Part shown: piece after piece, positions 42,225-54,560 of the stretch
How the letters are laid out: each line of letters begins with the position of its first letter
Numbering within the stretch: position 1 is the stretch's first letter
DNA from: Gallionella sp.
GTDB lineage: Bacteria > Pseudomonadota > Gammaproteobacteria > Burkholderiales > Gallionellaceae
Reading direction: 5' to 3'
Length of the DNA: 64,000 nt
NCBI GenBank assembly: GCA_028687335.1
Contig: JAQUAI010000005.1
Span: forward strand, 49,972 to 113,971
Made by a program: the position numbers and the translations under genes
The notes under the pieces: model-generated
The model's input: the letters and a program-made list of their open reading frames with translations, nothing else
The model's database searches: none
What the model was told of the DNA's origin: nothing

Positions 42225-43211
42225 ATGGCCGACGATAAAAACAAACGCCCGATTGTAATTAAGCGCATTAAAAAGGTGGCCGCAGGCCACCACGGCGGCG
42301 CGTGGAAGATTGCCTATGCCGACTTCGTTACGGCGATGATGGCGTTCTTTTTGCTCATGTGGCTGCTAGGCTCGACGGCAAAAGGTGATTTGGAGGGCAT
42401 TTCCGAATATTTCAAAACTCCGCTCAAAGTGGCCTTGTCTGGTGGCTCCGGCAGTGGAGATAGCTCAAGCGTTATCAAAGGAGGCGGCAAAGACTTGACT
42501 CGCAGTGAGGGGCAAGTGAAGGCGGGCGAGTTGCCACCTGAAAAAAAGGTAATTAACCTAAAGGCGGCGCAGCAAGAGTTTTTACGTATTGAAAAAGAAA
42601 AAGAAGTTCAAAAACTAAAAGATCTTAAATCAGCCATCGAAAAAGTGATTGAGAACAACGAAAAACTGCAAAAATTTAAAAATCAAATCCTGCTCGACCT
42701 CACAACTGAGGGGTTGCGTATTCAAATTATCGACGAAAAAAATCGCGCCATGTTCCAAAGCGGCCGTGCACAGCTAGAGCCCTATACCAAAGAGATATTG
42801 CACGAAATCGGTAAAACACTGAATGACGTTCCCAATAAAGTAAGCCTATCGGGGCACACCGACGCGGCACCCTATGGTGCTGGTGGTAAGGGATACAGCA
42901 ACTGGGAGTTGTCTGCTGATAGAGCCAACGCCTCGCGCCGCGAACTGATTGCTGGTGGTATGGCGGAAGAAAAAATTGTGCGCGTGGTGGGCTTATCTTC
43001 TGCGGTACTGTTTAAAAAAGAAGAACCTTTGAGCCCAGTGAATCGTCGCATTAGCTTGATCGTCATGAATAAAAAGGCCGAAGAAGCTGCGCAGCACGAT
43101 GGCGGAGTCGTAAAAGTCGATGCCAGTGGCGAAGATGAAGACTTGGGCGATACCATCAAAGAAAATGTCGGGGCAATGCCATCGGCTCCTGCCGCCCCGA
43201 CAATCAAATAA
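42225..43211 (+). CDS. motB: Flagellar stator MotB
   Basis: WKIAYADFVTAMMAFF; OmpA-like GHTD, NWELSADRA and NRRI. Confidence 0.96.
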   Translation: MADDKNKRPIVIKRIKKVAAGHHGGAWKIAYADFVTAMMAFFLLMWLLGSTAKGDLEGISEYFKTPLKVALSGGSGSGDSSSVIKGGGKDLTRSEGQVKAGELPPEKKVINLKAAQQEFLRIEKEKEVQKLKDLKSAIEKVIENNEKLQKFKNQILLDLTTEGLRIQIIDEKNRAMFQSGRAQLEPYTKEILHEIGKTLNDVPNKVSLSGHTDAAPYGAGGKGYSNWELSADRANASRRELIAGGMAEEKIVRVVGLSSAVLFKKEEPLSPVNRRISLIVMNKKAEEAAQHDGGVVKVDASGEDEDLGDTIKENVGAMPSAPAAPTIK

Positions 43212-43241
43212 GCAGATTGGGCATTTGCGATCAGCGCAAAC

Positions 43242-43271
43242 AAAAACGCCTCACCAAAGTGAGGCGTTTTT
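43242..43271. terminator. Bidirectional intrinsic terminator
   Basis: AAAAACGCCTCA-N6-TGAGGCGTTTTT between convergent genes. Confidence 0.88.
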
Positions 43272-43326
43272 GTTGCCGAACGTTTGCGGAATTATGCAGC
43301 CTGCAATGCAGGCAAATTACCGTGCG

Positions 43327-43920
43327 TTACAGAGAGCGGCAAATGGTGTACAGCGTATTTGCATCGTCCGCATAAGCCGCGTCAGCGGTGCCAGTGGAAG
43401 GGAAGCCCCGCATATTGCCTGAGGTGGCTTTGCCATCATCAAACTGATTATCGACAGCTCCGGCAATTTTTCCATTCAGTTGAGAGGAACAAAGGGATGA
43501 GCCGCTCAGACCTGTAACAGACGAAACCGAAAGGCTTCCACCGACCGCATTCAATGGTGCGGCAATCACTTCGGATGCATTGCTGGTATCGCCAGAAACA
43601 AAACCAGCAAGGCGTAAGTGAGCCCAAAACAAACCAGCTTCGGCAGCATCAATCGTGCCATTAGCATTGGGTGTCGGAGTTAGACCCGTTGGTGCGGCCC
43701 AGCGTGAGGGTGCCAAGTTGTCATCTCCCGGCAGCTTTTTATACCGATCCTGATAGCCCAGTACTGCAACGGAAATGGCATCAAAGTCTTTCAGCACGTT
43801 TTTTATTTTTGCCTGTGTAATCAGCTCTTGCCCTTTTAGCACGCCGCCAAGCAGCAAGCCAATGATAACCAGAACGATAGCAATTTCGATGAGGGTAAAA
43901 CCGGATTGATTACGTTTCAT
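43327..43920 (-). CDS. Type IV pilin-like protein (prepilin N-methylation motif)
   Basis: MKRNQSG/FTLIEIAIVLVIIGLL; AAGGAG RBS before ATG at 43920; two C-terminal Cys. Confidence 0.9.
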   Translation of the reverse strand: MKRNQSGFTLIEIAIVLVIIGLLLGGVLKGQELITQAKIKNVLKDFDAISVAVLGYQDRYKKLPGDDNLAPSRWAAPTGLTPTPNANGTIDAAEAGLFWAHLRLAGFVSGDTSNASEVIAAPLNAVGGSLSVSSVTGLSGSSLCSSQLNGKIAGAVDNQFDDGKATSGNMRGFPSTGTADAAYADDANTLYTICRSL

Positions 43921-43961
43921 TGTGATAGTCTCCTTGTTATGAATGCTGCGTAAAACATACA

Positions 43962-43976
43962 GCAATTGCCATACCA
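43962..43976 (-). promoter_or_regulatory. Sigma54 (-24/-12) promoter of the pilin gene
   Basis: The - strand reads TGGTAT-N5-TTGC; an AT-rich tract and four TGAC repeats (44109-44145) lie upstream. Confidence 0.7.
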
Positions 43977-44488
43977 GAATGTTATTTAATGTGCGTATTG
44001 AGTGTGCTATATCAATATTAAACAATAAGTTACTTTTATTTCTGAGTGATGCTTTCTTAAATCTTGCACAAGCTGCGGTTACTGGACACGGCTGAAAAAC
44101 TCAGCAGATGACGAGATTTTGACGGAGCGGTGACGAGATGCTGACATGAACCGTCGGTGAACGCTTGCGCGCGGGCTGTTGCTGTCCATGCTGGGGCTAT
44201 TGCATGCGGTCATGCTTTTCGGATTGGGAACGCATTGGACTTCGGTCATCTTGCGCGCGTATCACCGCATTTTTTGACCGCTGGGCGCGGGTGCTGTACT
44301 TACTGGTGATAGACATTTGCTGGCGATATTATTGCTTTGGATGCCGCCGCATTAAGCCGCAAAATACGCGGCAAGTGATTGGTTATGCTAGGAGCGCAGC
44401 GACGTGACAAACCTAAATTTTGGTTAAGGTCAATAAATTAGATCGCTGCGCTCACAATGACAGACTCGGTGAATAAATCAGTGTCTCC

Positions 44489-45007
44489 CTAGGCGTTTTT
44501 GCTCCGACTTACCGCCGTGAGGATGCCTTGCAGGATGGCGAGAGGGGGCGGGGGGCAGCCGGGGACGATGACATCGACGGGTAGAACTTTGCTGATGCCG
44601 CCGCAGCTGGCGTAGCTTTCACCGAAGATGCCGCCATCTTTACCGCAGTCGCCCAGTGCGACGACGAGTTTGGGGTCTGGGGTGGCATCGTAGGTACGTT
44701 TGAGTGCCATTTCCATGTGGCGCGATACAGGGCCGGTGACGAGTAGCATGTCGGCATGGCGCGGGCTGGCGACGAAGTGCATGCCGATGCCTTCGATGTT
44801 GTAGTAGGGGTTGTTGAGGCAGTGAATTTCTAATTCGCAGCCGTTGCATGAGCCAGCATCGACATGGCGAATGGCCAGTGCCCGCCCGACGATGTTGAGT
44901 ATCTGTGCGTTGATGTCTTGTATCTGGTTGCGCAATGCGTCATCCGTTTGCGGTGTGGTTCCGCTTTTGATGCCGGTGCGCAGCATTTGTTTGATGATCT
45001 GATACAT
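44489..45007 (-). CDS. Ehr/hydrogenase-4-like small subunit (NuoB-like)
   Basis: DAGSCNGCELE, ASPRHAD, GDC and PGCPP; probable start MYQIIK at 45007. Confidence 0.9.
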   Translation of the reverse strand: MYQIIKQMLRTGIKSGTTPQTDDALRNQIQDINAQILNIVGRALAIRHVDAGSCNGCELEIHCLNNPYYNIEGIGMHFVASPRHADMLLVTGPVSRHMEMALKRTYDATPDPKLVVALGDCGKDGGIFGESYASCGGISKVLPVDVIVPGCPPPPLAILQGILTAVSRSKNA

Positions 45008-46569
45008 CAGAGGTCCACTCCGCTGTAGCTCAAGTTGAATGATTTGTTGATGAGCGGGAAATCCGGCACGATGTTGCCGATGATGGCGTGTTCCAGCACT
45101 GGCCAGTTTTGCCATGATGGGTCATGCGGATGCAAACGATGGATGCGGTTATCGTCGCCGCTATGCAGGGCGACCATCACTTCGCCGCGCCAGCCTTCGA
45201 CCCAGCCGATACCGAGTTTTCCGGCTTCTGCTTTGCCCAATTCGGTCAGCGTTTCACCCAGCGGAATACGCGCCAAAATTAGTCGGATAAGCCGTATCGA
45301 TTCGCTGATTTCTTCGAAGCGCATAGTGACGCGCGCGGCCACATCGCCGTTGCGGTGGGTCACCATGTTTACGTCGAGCTGCTCGTAGGGCATGGTGGGG
45401 AATTGCGCGCGCACGTCCCATGCCTGACTGCTGGCACGTCCGGCCAAGCCGGTGAGGCCGAGTTGGGCGGCCAAGTCGGGGGCGACACGTCCGGTGGTGA
45501 GAAAGCGGTCTTGCACGCCAGCATGTTCGTCGTAGATGTTTTTCAGGCGCGCTGTTTCATCTTCGATATGGCGCAGCGTGTCCGCCATGTGCAGGAGTCC
45601 GGCATTATCGAGGTCGCGCGTTACGCCGCCGGGAACGATAATGTCCATCAGGTAGCGGTGGCTGAAGAGTGTCTCGTTCATGCGCAGCAGGTCTTCTTTC
45701 AGTATCCAGAATTGCGCGAATCCGAATGCAAGTGCGGCATCGTTACCGAGATAGCCGAGATCGCCCAAGTGGTTGTGTATCCGCTCTAGCTCCAGTAGTA
45801 GCGCGCGCAACCATAGGGCGCGTTCTGGCGGTGTGCATAGGCACAGGCTTTCCGCCGCTTGTGCGTAGGCCCAAGCATAGGCGACCGTGGTGTCGCCGCT
45901 AATGCGTCCGGCAAGCTTGGCGCCCAGCTGCAAGCTCATTCCTTCAAAGCGTTTTTCGGTGCCTTTGTGTTTGTAGGCGAGACGCTCTTCCAAGCGCAGT
46001 ACCTTTTCGCCAACCACAGAAAAGCGGAAATGCCCAGGCTCAATCGTACCTGCATGCACAGGGCCAACGGCAATCTCATGCACGCCATCGCCGGTCACGG
46101 ATACGAAGGGGTAGGCATCTGCTTCAGTTGCGTATGAGGTATGCGGGTCAAACGATTTTCGCAGAGGGTAAGCGTCTTGTGGCCATGAGCCGTGGCGCAG
46201 CCACTTGCGTTGATCGCTTTCTGCATCAGGACGCAAGCCGAACATATCGGCCACGCTGCGTTGCATGCGGTCGGCGGCGGGAAATAAGTCGCTCAAGTCG
46301 GGGAAGCGGACTTCTGCTTGTGCCAGTGGCAAGCTGAGTACAAGTAACCCTGGCGCTGTCACTAGGGCAACATGCAGTGCATACCCGGCTGCCTTCTGGC
46401 TTACTGAATCTTGTGTTTTATCCTCGCCCCACAGCGCGAGCAATTTGCCGCCGCCGTGCAGGACTTGTTTACACAGTGCGCGATAACCTGTGGCATCGAC
46501 CGTGCCGTGCCATATCGGCATTGCGCCGGGAAGTTGCGCGAAGATTTTGGGGAAGTCGTCCAGTCTCAT
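45007..46569 (-). CDS. Ehr large subunit (NuoCD/HycE-like, lacking NiFe ligands)
   Basis: VGPVHAGTIEPGHFRF; RISGD in place of RxCGxC; SFNLSYSG in place of DPCxxC. Confidence 0.9.
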   Translation of the reverse strand: MRLDDFPKIFAQLPGAMPIWHGTVDATGYRALCKQVLHGGGKLLALWGEDKTQDSVSQKAAGYALHVALVTAPGLLVLSLPLAQAEVRFPDLSDLFPAADRMQRSVADMFGLRPDAESDQRKWLRHGSWPQDAYPLRKSFDPHTSYATEADAYPFVSVTGDGVHEIAVGPVHAGTIEPGHFRFSVVGEKVLRLEERLAYKHKGTEKRFEGMSLQLGAKLAGRISGDTTVAYAWAYAQAAESLCLCTPPERALWLRALLLELERIHNHLGDLGYLGNDAALAFGFAQFWILKEDLLRMNETLFSHRYLMDIIVPGGVTRDLDNAGLLHMADTLRHIEDETARLKNIYDEHAGVQDRFLTTGRVAPDLAAQLGLTGLAGRASSQAWDVRAQFPTMPYEQLDVNMVTHRNGDVAARVTMRFEEISESIRLIRLILARIPLGETLTELGKAEAGKLGIGWVEGWRGEVMVALHSGDDNRIHRLHPHDPSWQNWPVLEHAIIGNIVPDFPLINKSFNLSYSGVDL

Positions 46570-46573
46570 CGCA

Positions 46574-48022
46574 TCACCCGATTAGTGCCGCAGCCTGTCG
46601 ATACCAGTCGGCAAGATAAGGCGGGATATATAAGCCGAGCATCAACACCAGTGCCAGATGCACAAAAACGGGAATCAGCGCAGGTGGGTGGGGTAGACGC
46701 TTGCCGGTGGTTTCGCCAAATACCATGCGCTGCATCTGGCCGAAGATCGAGGCGAATGCCACGCCCAATGCGATGAGCAAAAACGGCATAGTCCACGGAT
46801 AGGCGTGCATTGCAGTGGTAAGTATCATGAATTCGCTGGTGAAAACGCCGAACGGAGGCATGCCCAAAATCGCCAGCGTACCGAGAGCCAACCCCCATCC
46901 CACGCTCGGGCTGGTTTTGATCAGACCACGTATGCCGTCCATCAACTGGGTGCCGGACTGTTGCGCGGCGTGACCAACGGCGAAAAATATCGCAGATTTA
47001 GTCAGGCAGTGCACGGTCATGTGCAGCAATCCGGCAAAGGTTGCGACTGCCCCACCCATGCCGAACGCAAAAGTCATCAGTCCCATATGTTCGATGGATG
47101 AGTAGGCAAACATACGCTTCACATCTTTTTGGCGGGAGAGGAAGAAAGCGGCCATCACCACACTGAGCTGGCCGAACCCCATCATCAAGTTACCCGCAAA
47201 ATGGGTGCCGAGTGCGCCGTCCACCAGCACTTTTGAGCGTACCACTGCATAGAGCGCCACATTCAGCAACAGCCCAGATAGTACGGCAGATACCGGGGTG
47301 GGGCCTTCCGCATGGGCATCGGGCAGCCAGTTGTGCAGCGGCGCGAGGCCGACTTTTGTGCCGTAACCAACCAGCAAAAAAACGAAGGCTAGCGACAGCA
47401 CGGTTGGTTCAAGCTGGCCTTTGACTTCGTTCAAATGAGTCCACAGCAGTGCGGTTCCGCCCGCGCCGAGGATTTTTTCAGCGGCGAAGTACAGCAGGAT
47501 AGTGCCGAACAAAGCTTGGGCAATACCCACCCCGCACAGGATGAAATACTTCCATGCGGCTTCGAGTGATGCTGGTGTGCGATATAGCGACACCAGTAAT
47601 ACTGTGGTCAGCGTGGCAGCTTCCATCGCTACCCACAAGATGCCCATGTTGTTGGTGAGCAGAGCCAGTAGCATCGTGAAGGTGAATAGCTGATACATGC
47701 TGTAATACAGGCGAAGCATGTTGATGCTGAGTTTGCCGTGATGTTGCTCGATACGCATGTAGGGACGCGAGAACAGCGAGGTGGTGAAGCCAACAAACGC
47801 GGTAAGTGCAACGAGAAAAACGTTGAAAGCATCGACAAAAAATTGCTCGTTCCATGCGGTAAACGAACCGTCGGAAATGACGCGGGTGGTCAGTACGGCG
47901 GAGGCGATTAGCGTGGCGAAGCTCATCAGCGAATTTAATTCGGGCGCATTGCGGTGCGTGCCGAACACCGCCAGCAGCAATCCGCCCAGCAGCGGAATGA
48001 ACAAGACCCAGAAAATTTCCAA
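46574..48022 (-). CDS. hyfF: HyfF-like antiporter subunit
   Basis: WVAMEAAT, LEAAWKY, WLPDAHAEGP and KRMFAYSSIEH. Confidence 0.88.
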   Translation of the reverse strand: MEIFWVLFIPLLGGLLLAVFGTHRNAPELNSLMSFATLIASAVLTTRVISDGSFTAWNEQFFVDAFNVFLVALTAFVGFTTSLFSRPYMRIEQHHGKLSINMLRLYYSMYQLFTFTMLLALLTNNMGILWVAMEAATLTTVLLVSLYRTPASLEAAWKYFILCGVGIAQALFGTILLYFAAEKILGAGGTALLWTHLNEVKGQLEPTVLSLAFVFLLVGYGTKVGLAPLHNWLPDAHAEGPTPVSAVLSGLLLNVALYAVVRSKVLVDGALGTHFAGNLMMGFGQLSVVMAAFFLSRQKDVKRMFAYSSIEHMGLMTFAFGMGGAVATFAGLLHMTVHCLTKSAIFFAVGHAAQQSGTQLMDGIRGLIKTSPSVGWGLALGTLAILGMPPFGVFTSEFMILTTAMHAYPWTMPFLLIALGVAFASIFGQMQRMVFGETTGKRLPHPPALIPVFVHLALVLMLGLYIPPYLADWYRQAAALIG

Positions 48023-48023
48023 A

Positions 48024-48685
48024 TCAGTCTTCCTTTAGTTTTTCCATATGTGCCAGATCGAGGCTGTCGAAAGCCGTGCGAATCTGGAAGAAGAAAATGC
48101 CCAGAATGAACATGCCGATCAGCACATCAAGTGCGATCCCCATTTCAACCACCATTGGCATACCGTAAGTAGCCGAGGTAGCAGCGAAAAATAAACCGTT
48201 TTCCATAGCCAAAAATCCGATCACTTGCGGCACCGCTTTGCTGCGCGTAATCATCATCAAGAACGACAGCAGCACAGTCGCCATTGCGATACCCAGCGTA
48301 CTTTTTGTGATGGTGCCTGCCATCTGCGAAATCGGAGCGGCGAGGTTGAAGGAAAATACCACCAGCAGCAAACCGACCAGCATGATGGTCGGGATATTAA
48401 ACATAGTCTCCACGTCCCAGCGAATATCCAGTTTGTGGATCAGTTTGTACAAAATCACCGGCAGCACGATGGCTTTGAGCAACAGCGTCAGCGCGGCGGA
48501 GTAATACAGATGATGCTGATTGGATGAGTAAGCCACCACCGTTGTACTGACGGCGAGAATCAATCCCTGCAACGCGAACAGATTGATGAGCGACAACACG
48601 CGCCGCTGTGACAGCATGGCGAAAGCGATCAGCAGTAGCAGCGCTGCGCACATATTGATAACTTGGGCGCTGAATGGAATCGGCA

Positions 48686-48686
<1 letters not shown>
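48024..48686 (-). CDS. hyfE: HyfE-like membrane subunit
   Basis: GFLAMENG and MPMVVEMG..LD. Confidence 0.88.
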
Positions 48687-49632
<946 letters not shown>

Positions 49633-49636
<4 letters not shown>

Positions 49637-51639
49637 TGGACAAAAGCCAGCAAAGCCAGCAGCGTGACGAAGCTATACAGCAGATAAGCATGGATGCGCC
49701 CATGCTGCAATTTGCCTATCTGGTAGCCGATCATGTCATTGGCGCGTTTGATCGGGACGTAAATCAGATGCCACAGTCGGTCGTGTATTTCGGAATGAAA
49801 ATGCGGGTGCTTGTCGAACGGTGTTGGCGCTTTTCTAACCACGCCGACGAACCACTCAAAAATCTGGCGAATAGGCTGACCGAATCCCTCGGCGGTATCC
49901 TGCATGCGCGCGCTTTGTTCGGGGAATCCACAATCCCACGCGGGGCCGCGCCGCAAACGCCCGTGATAAAAACGCTTCACCGTGAGCATGGTGAGTAACA
50001 CGCCGATGACGATGATGCTCATCAAAATGAGTGGCCCATAGCTGGCGCGTTCGGCTTGAATCGGGGTGAGTAACAACCAGCCCGATTGCACGGCACTGCT
50101 TCCCAGTGAGCTTTGCACCAGCATATTGGTGACAAAATCGAGATGCAAAATGACAAAGGTGGGAAATAGTCCCAGCGCGATACAACCCAGCACCATGCAC
50201 AGCATACCGATGCGTTCCCATAGTCCAGCATCGTGTGCGGTGATACCGGCATCACGCGGTTGGCCGAGGAAAATGACCCCGTAAAATTTCACCATGACGA
50301 ATGCTGCTAGTGCGGCTGCCAGTGCCAGAGCCGCTGCGGCAATAGGAACCAACATATTGATATAGGGTTGCGGCAAGCCTGGCGAGAGCAAAAAAGCTTG
50401 CAGCATTAGCCATTCGGACACAAAACCATTCAGCGGCGGCAACCCTGCCAGAGCCAGCGAGCCGATCAGCATGAACAGCGCAACCTTGGGCATTTTGTGA
50501 ATCAGACCACCTAGTTTGCCGAGGTGACGCTCACCAGTAGCATGCAGGATTGAGCCTGTACCGAGGAACAGCAGCCCTTTCATAAACGCATGGTTGATGG
50601 CGTGATAAAGCGCGGCAGTGAGCGAGAGCGCAGCCAGAGCCTCTTTCCCAGATGTATGAAAAATAATGGTGAGGCCGATGCCGACCATGATGATGCCGAT
50701 GTTCTCAATTGACGAATACGCCAGCAGGCGTTTCATATCCACCTGCACAGCAGCGAAGATCACGCCGAACAAAGCGGTGACCAAGCCGAGCGCGAGGGCA
50801 AATGCTCCCCACCACCAGAGCTGAGTGCCCAGCAAATCAAAGCTCACCCGCAAAATGCCGTAGATTGCCGTCTTCAGCATGATGCCGCTCATCATCGCAG
50901 AAACGGGTGACGGTGCGGCGGGGTGGGCTTCGGGTAGCCACACATGCACGGGTAGCAAACCCGCTTTGGCACCGAAGCCGAACAGCGCCAGAAAAAACGC
51001 CACGCTCGCCCAAAAGTTGGACAAATTCGCTTCACGCATCGAGGCAAAAGAATAATCGCCGTGACCGCCGTGCATCACGCCAAACGACATCAAGATTGCA
51101 ATCGCGCCGACGTGAGCAATCAGCAAATAGAGAAATCCGGCTCGCCTAACCTCGGGCTGGTCGTGGTCGGTAGTGACTAAAAAGTAAGACGATAAAGCCA
51201 TCGCCTCCCAAGCCACCATAAACATATAAGCATCATCGGCGAGAAACACCAGTGCCATGCTGGCAAGAAATAGATGGTACTCAAGGCATAGTGGGCCGAG
51301 TTCGACCATCTTCATGTGGCGGAAATAGCCTGCGGAAAAGAGAGAGATACCGATGCTAGCGGCACCCAGTAGCAAGAGGAAGAATGCCGACAAGGCATCA
51401 AGACGCAGATGGAAAGGTAAATCGGGCAAACCGAGCGGCAGAATAGCAATATTCACTTCGCTCAGACCGGGCAGCGCGGCAATCGCCAAAACCAGTGAAC
51501 CTAGCGCGCCCAGCGGGAAAATAAATTGGGTGATTTGACGGGCGTTTCGCAACACGAGTCCGCTCATGCCAAGCACAAGCCAGAACACGACCACACCCAG
51601 AATGACATCAATGGGTAGTATGTCTAACGAAGCAAACAC
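49633..51639 (-). CDS. hyfB: HyfB-like antiporter subunit
   Basis: HVWLPEAHPAAPSPVSA, KRLLAYSSIEN, PPLNGFVSEW and WDCG. Confidence 0.9.
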
Positions 51640-51726
51640 CCTTAAATCCCCTCCCTATATTAGCGATGCATTGTAGACCGAATGCCTGCGCGGAGAAAAT
51701 AAATCAGCGCCGCTTTAAGTCTGCAA

Positions 51727-53892
51727 CTATTTGATGCGCATGCCAGGTTGTGCGCCGTCATCCGGCGACAAGATGAACAAGCCCGGTGTCTCGCCAGAAG
51801 CAGCCAGCACCATGCCTTCGCTCATGCCGAACTTCATCTTGCGCGGAGCAAGGTTGGCTACCATCACCGTCATGCGGCCTTTCAACTTCTCGGGATCGTA
51901 TGCCGACTTGATGCCAGCGAATACGGTGCGCGGATTCTCTTCGCCGATGTCCAGCGTCAGCTTCAGCAACTTCTCTGCGCCTTCCACGTGTTCTGCGTTA
52001 ACGATATGCGCCACGCGTAAATCGATCTTGCTGAATTCATCGATGCTGATGGTCTCAGCGATAGGGGCGATGGCAGGTTTTGCGACGGCAGTGGATTCGG
52101 TCATGGATTTCAAACTTTCTTGGTTGGCAGCGATCATGCCTTCGATGAGTTTAGGATCGAGGCGGGTGAGTAAGTGTTGGTAAGTGTTGATGCGATGTCC
52201 GTCAGGTAGTAGATGAAACGCATCTGGCCATTGCAAGGCTGGGATGTTAAGGGTGGTTTCAACCTGCGCAACTAATTTTGGCAGTACTGGCTTGAGATAA
52301 AGCGATAGCAAACGGAAGCAATTTACGGCAATGCTGCACACCATTTTTAAATGGTTTTCTTGATCATTCTGCTTGGCGATTGCCCACGGTTTTTTATCGG
52401 CAATATAAAAATTAACTTCATCAGCTAATTTCATGATTTCTCTAAGAGCCTTAGCAAAATCTCGTTCTTCGTAATGTTGCGCTATTGCGAGTGATGCCTG
52501 AGTCAGTTGATAGGTAATAGGGTCAAGATGATCGTCTTCACTGGCAATATTGCCATTACCTATGAGCACCCCTCCTAATTGCCCGCCAAGTTTTTCAATG
52601 AACCCCATGGTTCGGCTCGCGATGTTGATGTACTTGCCGATGAGGTCGCTATTCACTTTGGCAACGAAGTCATCGAGATTGAGGTCGAGGTCTTCCATCG
52701 AGCCATTCAATTTGGCGGCGTAGTAGTAACGCAGGTATTCGGTGTTCTTGATGTGGTCGATGTAGCTGCGCGCGGTGATGAAGGTGCCGCGTGATTTGCT
52801 CATCTTCTCGCCGTTCACCGTGAGGAAGCCGTGCGAGAAAAGTTTGGTCGGTGTGCGGAAACCAGCGTGTTGCAACATCGCAGGCCAGAACAGGGCGTGG
52901 AAATACAGGATGTCCTTGCCGATGAAGTGGTACAGCTCTGTGTCTGAACCTGGCTTCCAGTACTCGTCGAAATTCAAAGGCGTAAACCCCTCCCCAGCCC
53001 TCCCCTTATCAGGGGCGGGAGCGGACGGCTCCTCCCCTGATAAGGGGAGGTTGGGAGGGGTTTGGTTTTGTTTGTTGCACAGTTGTTTGAAGCTGCCCAT
53101 ATAACCGACAGGCGCATCCAGCCACACATAGAAATATTTGCCCGGTGCATCAGGAATCTCGAAGCCGAAGTAAGGCGCATCGCGTGAGATGTCCCAGTCG
53201 GTCAGTTTGTTCTCGCCTTCCGCGCCCAGCCATTCCTGCATCTTGTTCGCTGCTTCGTTTTGCAGCGAACCGCTACGTGTCCATTCGCGCAAGAACTGTT
53301 GGCAGGAGTCGGCAGATAGCTTGAAGAAGTAATGGTCAGAATTGCGCAGTTCAGGTTTTGCGCCCGATACCGCAGAGAATGGCTCGATTAGGTCAGTGGG
53401 CGCATACGCAGCACCGCACACTTCGCAGTTGTCGCCGTACTGGTCTTTGGCATGACACTTCGGGCATTCGCCCTTGATGAAGCGGTCCGGCAGGAACATG
53501 TTCTTGACTGGGTCGTAATACTGCTCGATGGAGCGCACCTCGATGAGATTCTCAGCCTTCAGCTTGCGGTAGATGCCTTGCGCGAATTCCTTGGTCTCGT
53601 TCGAGTTGGTCGAGCCATAGTTGTCGAACGCCACATGGAATGCCGCGAAATCGTCGTAGTGTTCTTGCCATACGCGAGCGATGAGTTGCTCGGGTGTGAT
53701 TCCTTCGTTATCGGCGCGCAACATGATGGGGGTGCCGTGGGTGTCGTCGGCGCACACGTAGTGGCAGGTGTTGCCGCGCATCTTCTGAAAGCGTACCCAG
53801 ATGTCTGTCTGGATGTATTCGACGAGGTGGCCGAGGTGGATGCTGCCGTTGGCGTAGGGCAGGGCGGATGTCACTAATATCTTGCGGGTCAT
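51727..53892 (-). CDS. metG: Methionine-tRNA ligase
   Basis: [12 protein letters not shown], Zn knuckles, KMSKS and C-terminal tRNA-binding domain; probable start MTRKIL at 53892. Confidence 0.98.
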   Translation of the reverse strand: MTRKILVTSALPYANGSIHLGHLVEYIQTDIWVRFQKMRGNTCHYVCADDTHGTPIMLRADNEGITPEQLIARVWQEHYDDFAAFHVAFDNYGSTNSNETKEFAQGIYRKLKAENLIEVRSIEQYYDPVKNMFLPDRFIKGECPKCHAKDQYGDNCEVCGAAYAPTDLIEPFSAVSGAKPELRNSDHYFFKLSADSCQQFLREWTRSGSLQNEAANKMQEWLGAEGENKLTDWDISRDAPYFGFEIPDAPGKYFYVWLDAPVGYMGSFKQLCNKQNQTPPNLPLSGEEPSAPAPDKGRAGEGFTPLNFDEYWKPGSDTELYHFIGKDILYFHALFWPAMLQHAGFRTPTKLFSHGFLTVNGEKMSKSRGTFITARSYIDHIKNTEYLRYYYAAKLNGSMEDLDLNLDDFVAKVNSDLIGKYINIASRTMGFIEKLGGQLGGVLIGNGNIASEDDHLDPITYQLTQASLAIAQHYEERDFAKALREIMKLADEVNFYIADKKPWAIAKQNDQENHLKMVCSIAVNCFRLLSLYLKPVLPKLVAQVETTLNIPALQWPDAFHLLPDGHRINTYQHLLTRLDPKLIEGMIAANQESLKSMTESTAVAKPAIAPIAETISIDEFSKIDLRVAHIVNAEHVEGAEKLLKLTLDIGEENPRTVFAGIKSAYDPEKLKGRMTVMVANLAPRKMKFGMSEGMVLAASGETPGLFILSPDDGAQPGMRIK
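52984..53063. repeat. Palindromic REP-like element inserted in frame in metG
   Basis: AAACCCCTCCC..CTCCCCTTATCAGGGG / CCCCTGATAAGGGGAG..GGGAGGGGTTT; encodes [26 protein letters not shown]. Confidence 0.9.
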
Positions 53893-53993
53893 TTTGCAGG
53901 CTTCCTTTAACGAGGCGCGATTGTAGCAAAACCCACGCACCGCCGAGTATTTTGGGTAAAATCGCGCCCGCACAAACCCCTCAAGGAATCAGG

Positions 53994-54560
53994 ATGAGCA
54001 TCAAGTCAGACAAGTGGATACGCCGCATGTGCGAACAGCACGGCATGATCGAGCCTTTCGAGCCGAACCAAGTGAAGGAAGTGAACGGGCAGAAGATCGT
54101 GTCTTACGGCACATCGAGCTACGGTTACGACATCCGCTGCTCGCGCGAATTCAAGCTGTTCACCAACATCAACAGCACCATCGTCGATCCCAAGAACTTC
54201 GACCCGAGCTCCTTTGTGAACGTCGAGGCTGACTATTGCATCATCCCGCCCAATTCCTTCGCCTTGGCGCGTACCGTCGAATACTTCCGTATTCCGCGCA
54301 GCGTGCTGACCGTGTGCTTGGGTAAATCCACCTACGCGCGTTGCGGCATCATCGTCAACGTCACTCCGTTCGAACCTGAGTGGGAAGGCTATGTGACGTT
54401 GGAGTTCTCCAACACCACGCCGCTACCCGCCAAGATCTACGCCAATGAAGGCGTGGCGCAAGTGTTGTTCTTCGAGAGCGACGAAGTGTGCGAGACCTCT
54501 TACAAAGACCGTGGCGGCAAGTATCAAGGCCAGGTCGGTGTCACCCTGCCAAAGATCTAA
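53994..54560 (+). CDS. dcd: dCTP deaminase
   Basis: [25 protein letters not shown] and PEWEG. Confidence 0.97.
   Translation: MSIKSDKWIRRMCEQHGMIEPFEPNQVKEVNGQKIVSYGTSSYGYDIRCSREFKLFTNINSTIVDPKNFDPSSFVNVEADYCIIPPNSFALARTVEYFRIPRSVLTVCLGKSTYARCGIIVNVTPFEPEWEGYVTLEFSNTTPLPAKIYANEGVAQVLFFESDEVCETSYKDRGGKYQGQVGVTLPKI

Noticed and set aside
44165-44470. ORFs or ncRNA between the pilin gene and the ehr operon
   Set aside because: No convincing RBS, motif or structure; only a possible decayed REP fragment near 44440-44462.
45007-46569. Functional [NiFe] hydrogenase / formate hydrogenlyase
   Set aside because: Both Ni-binding CxxC motifs are absent.
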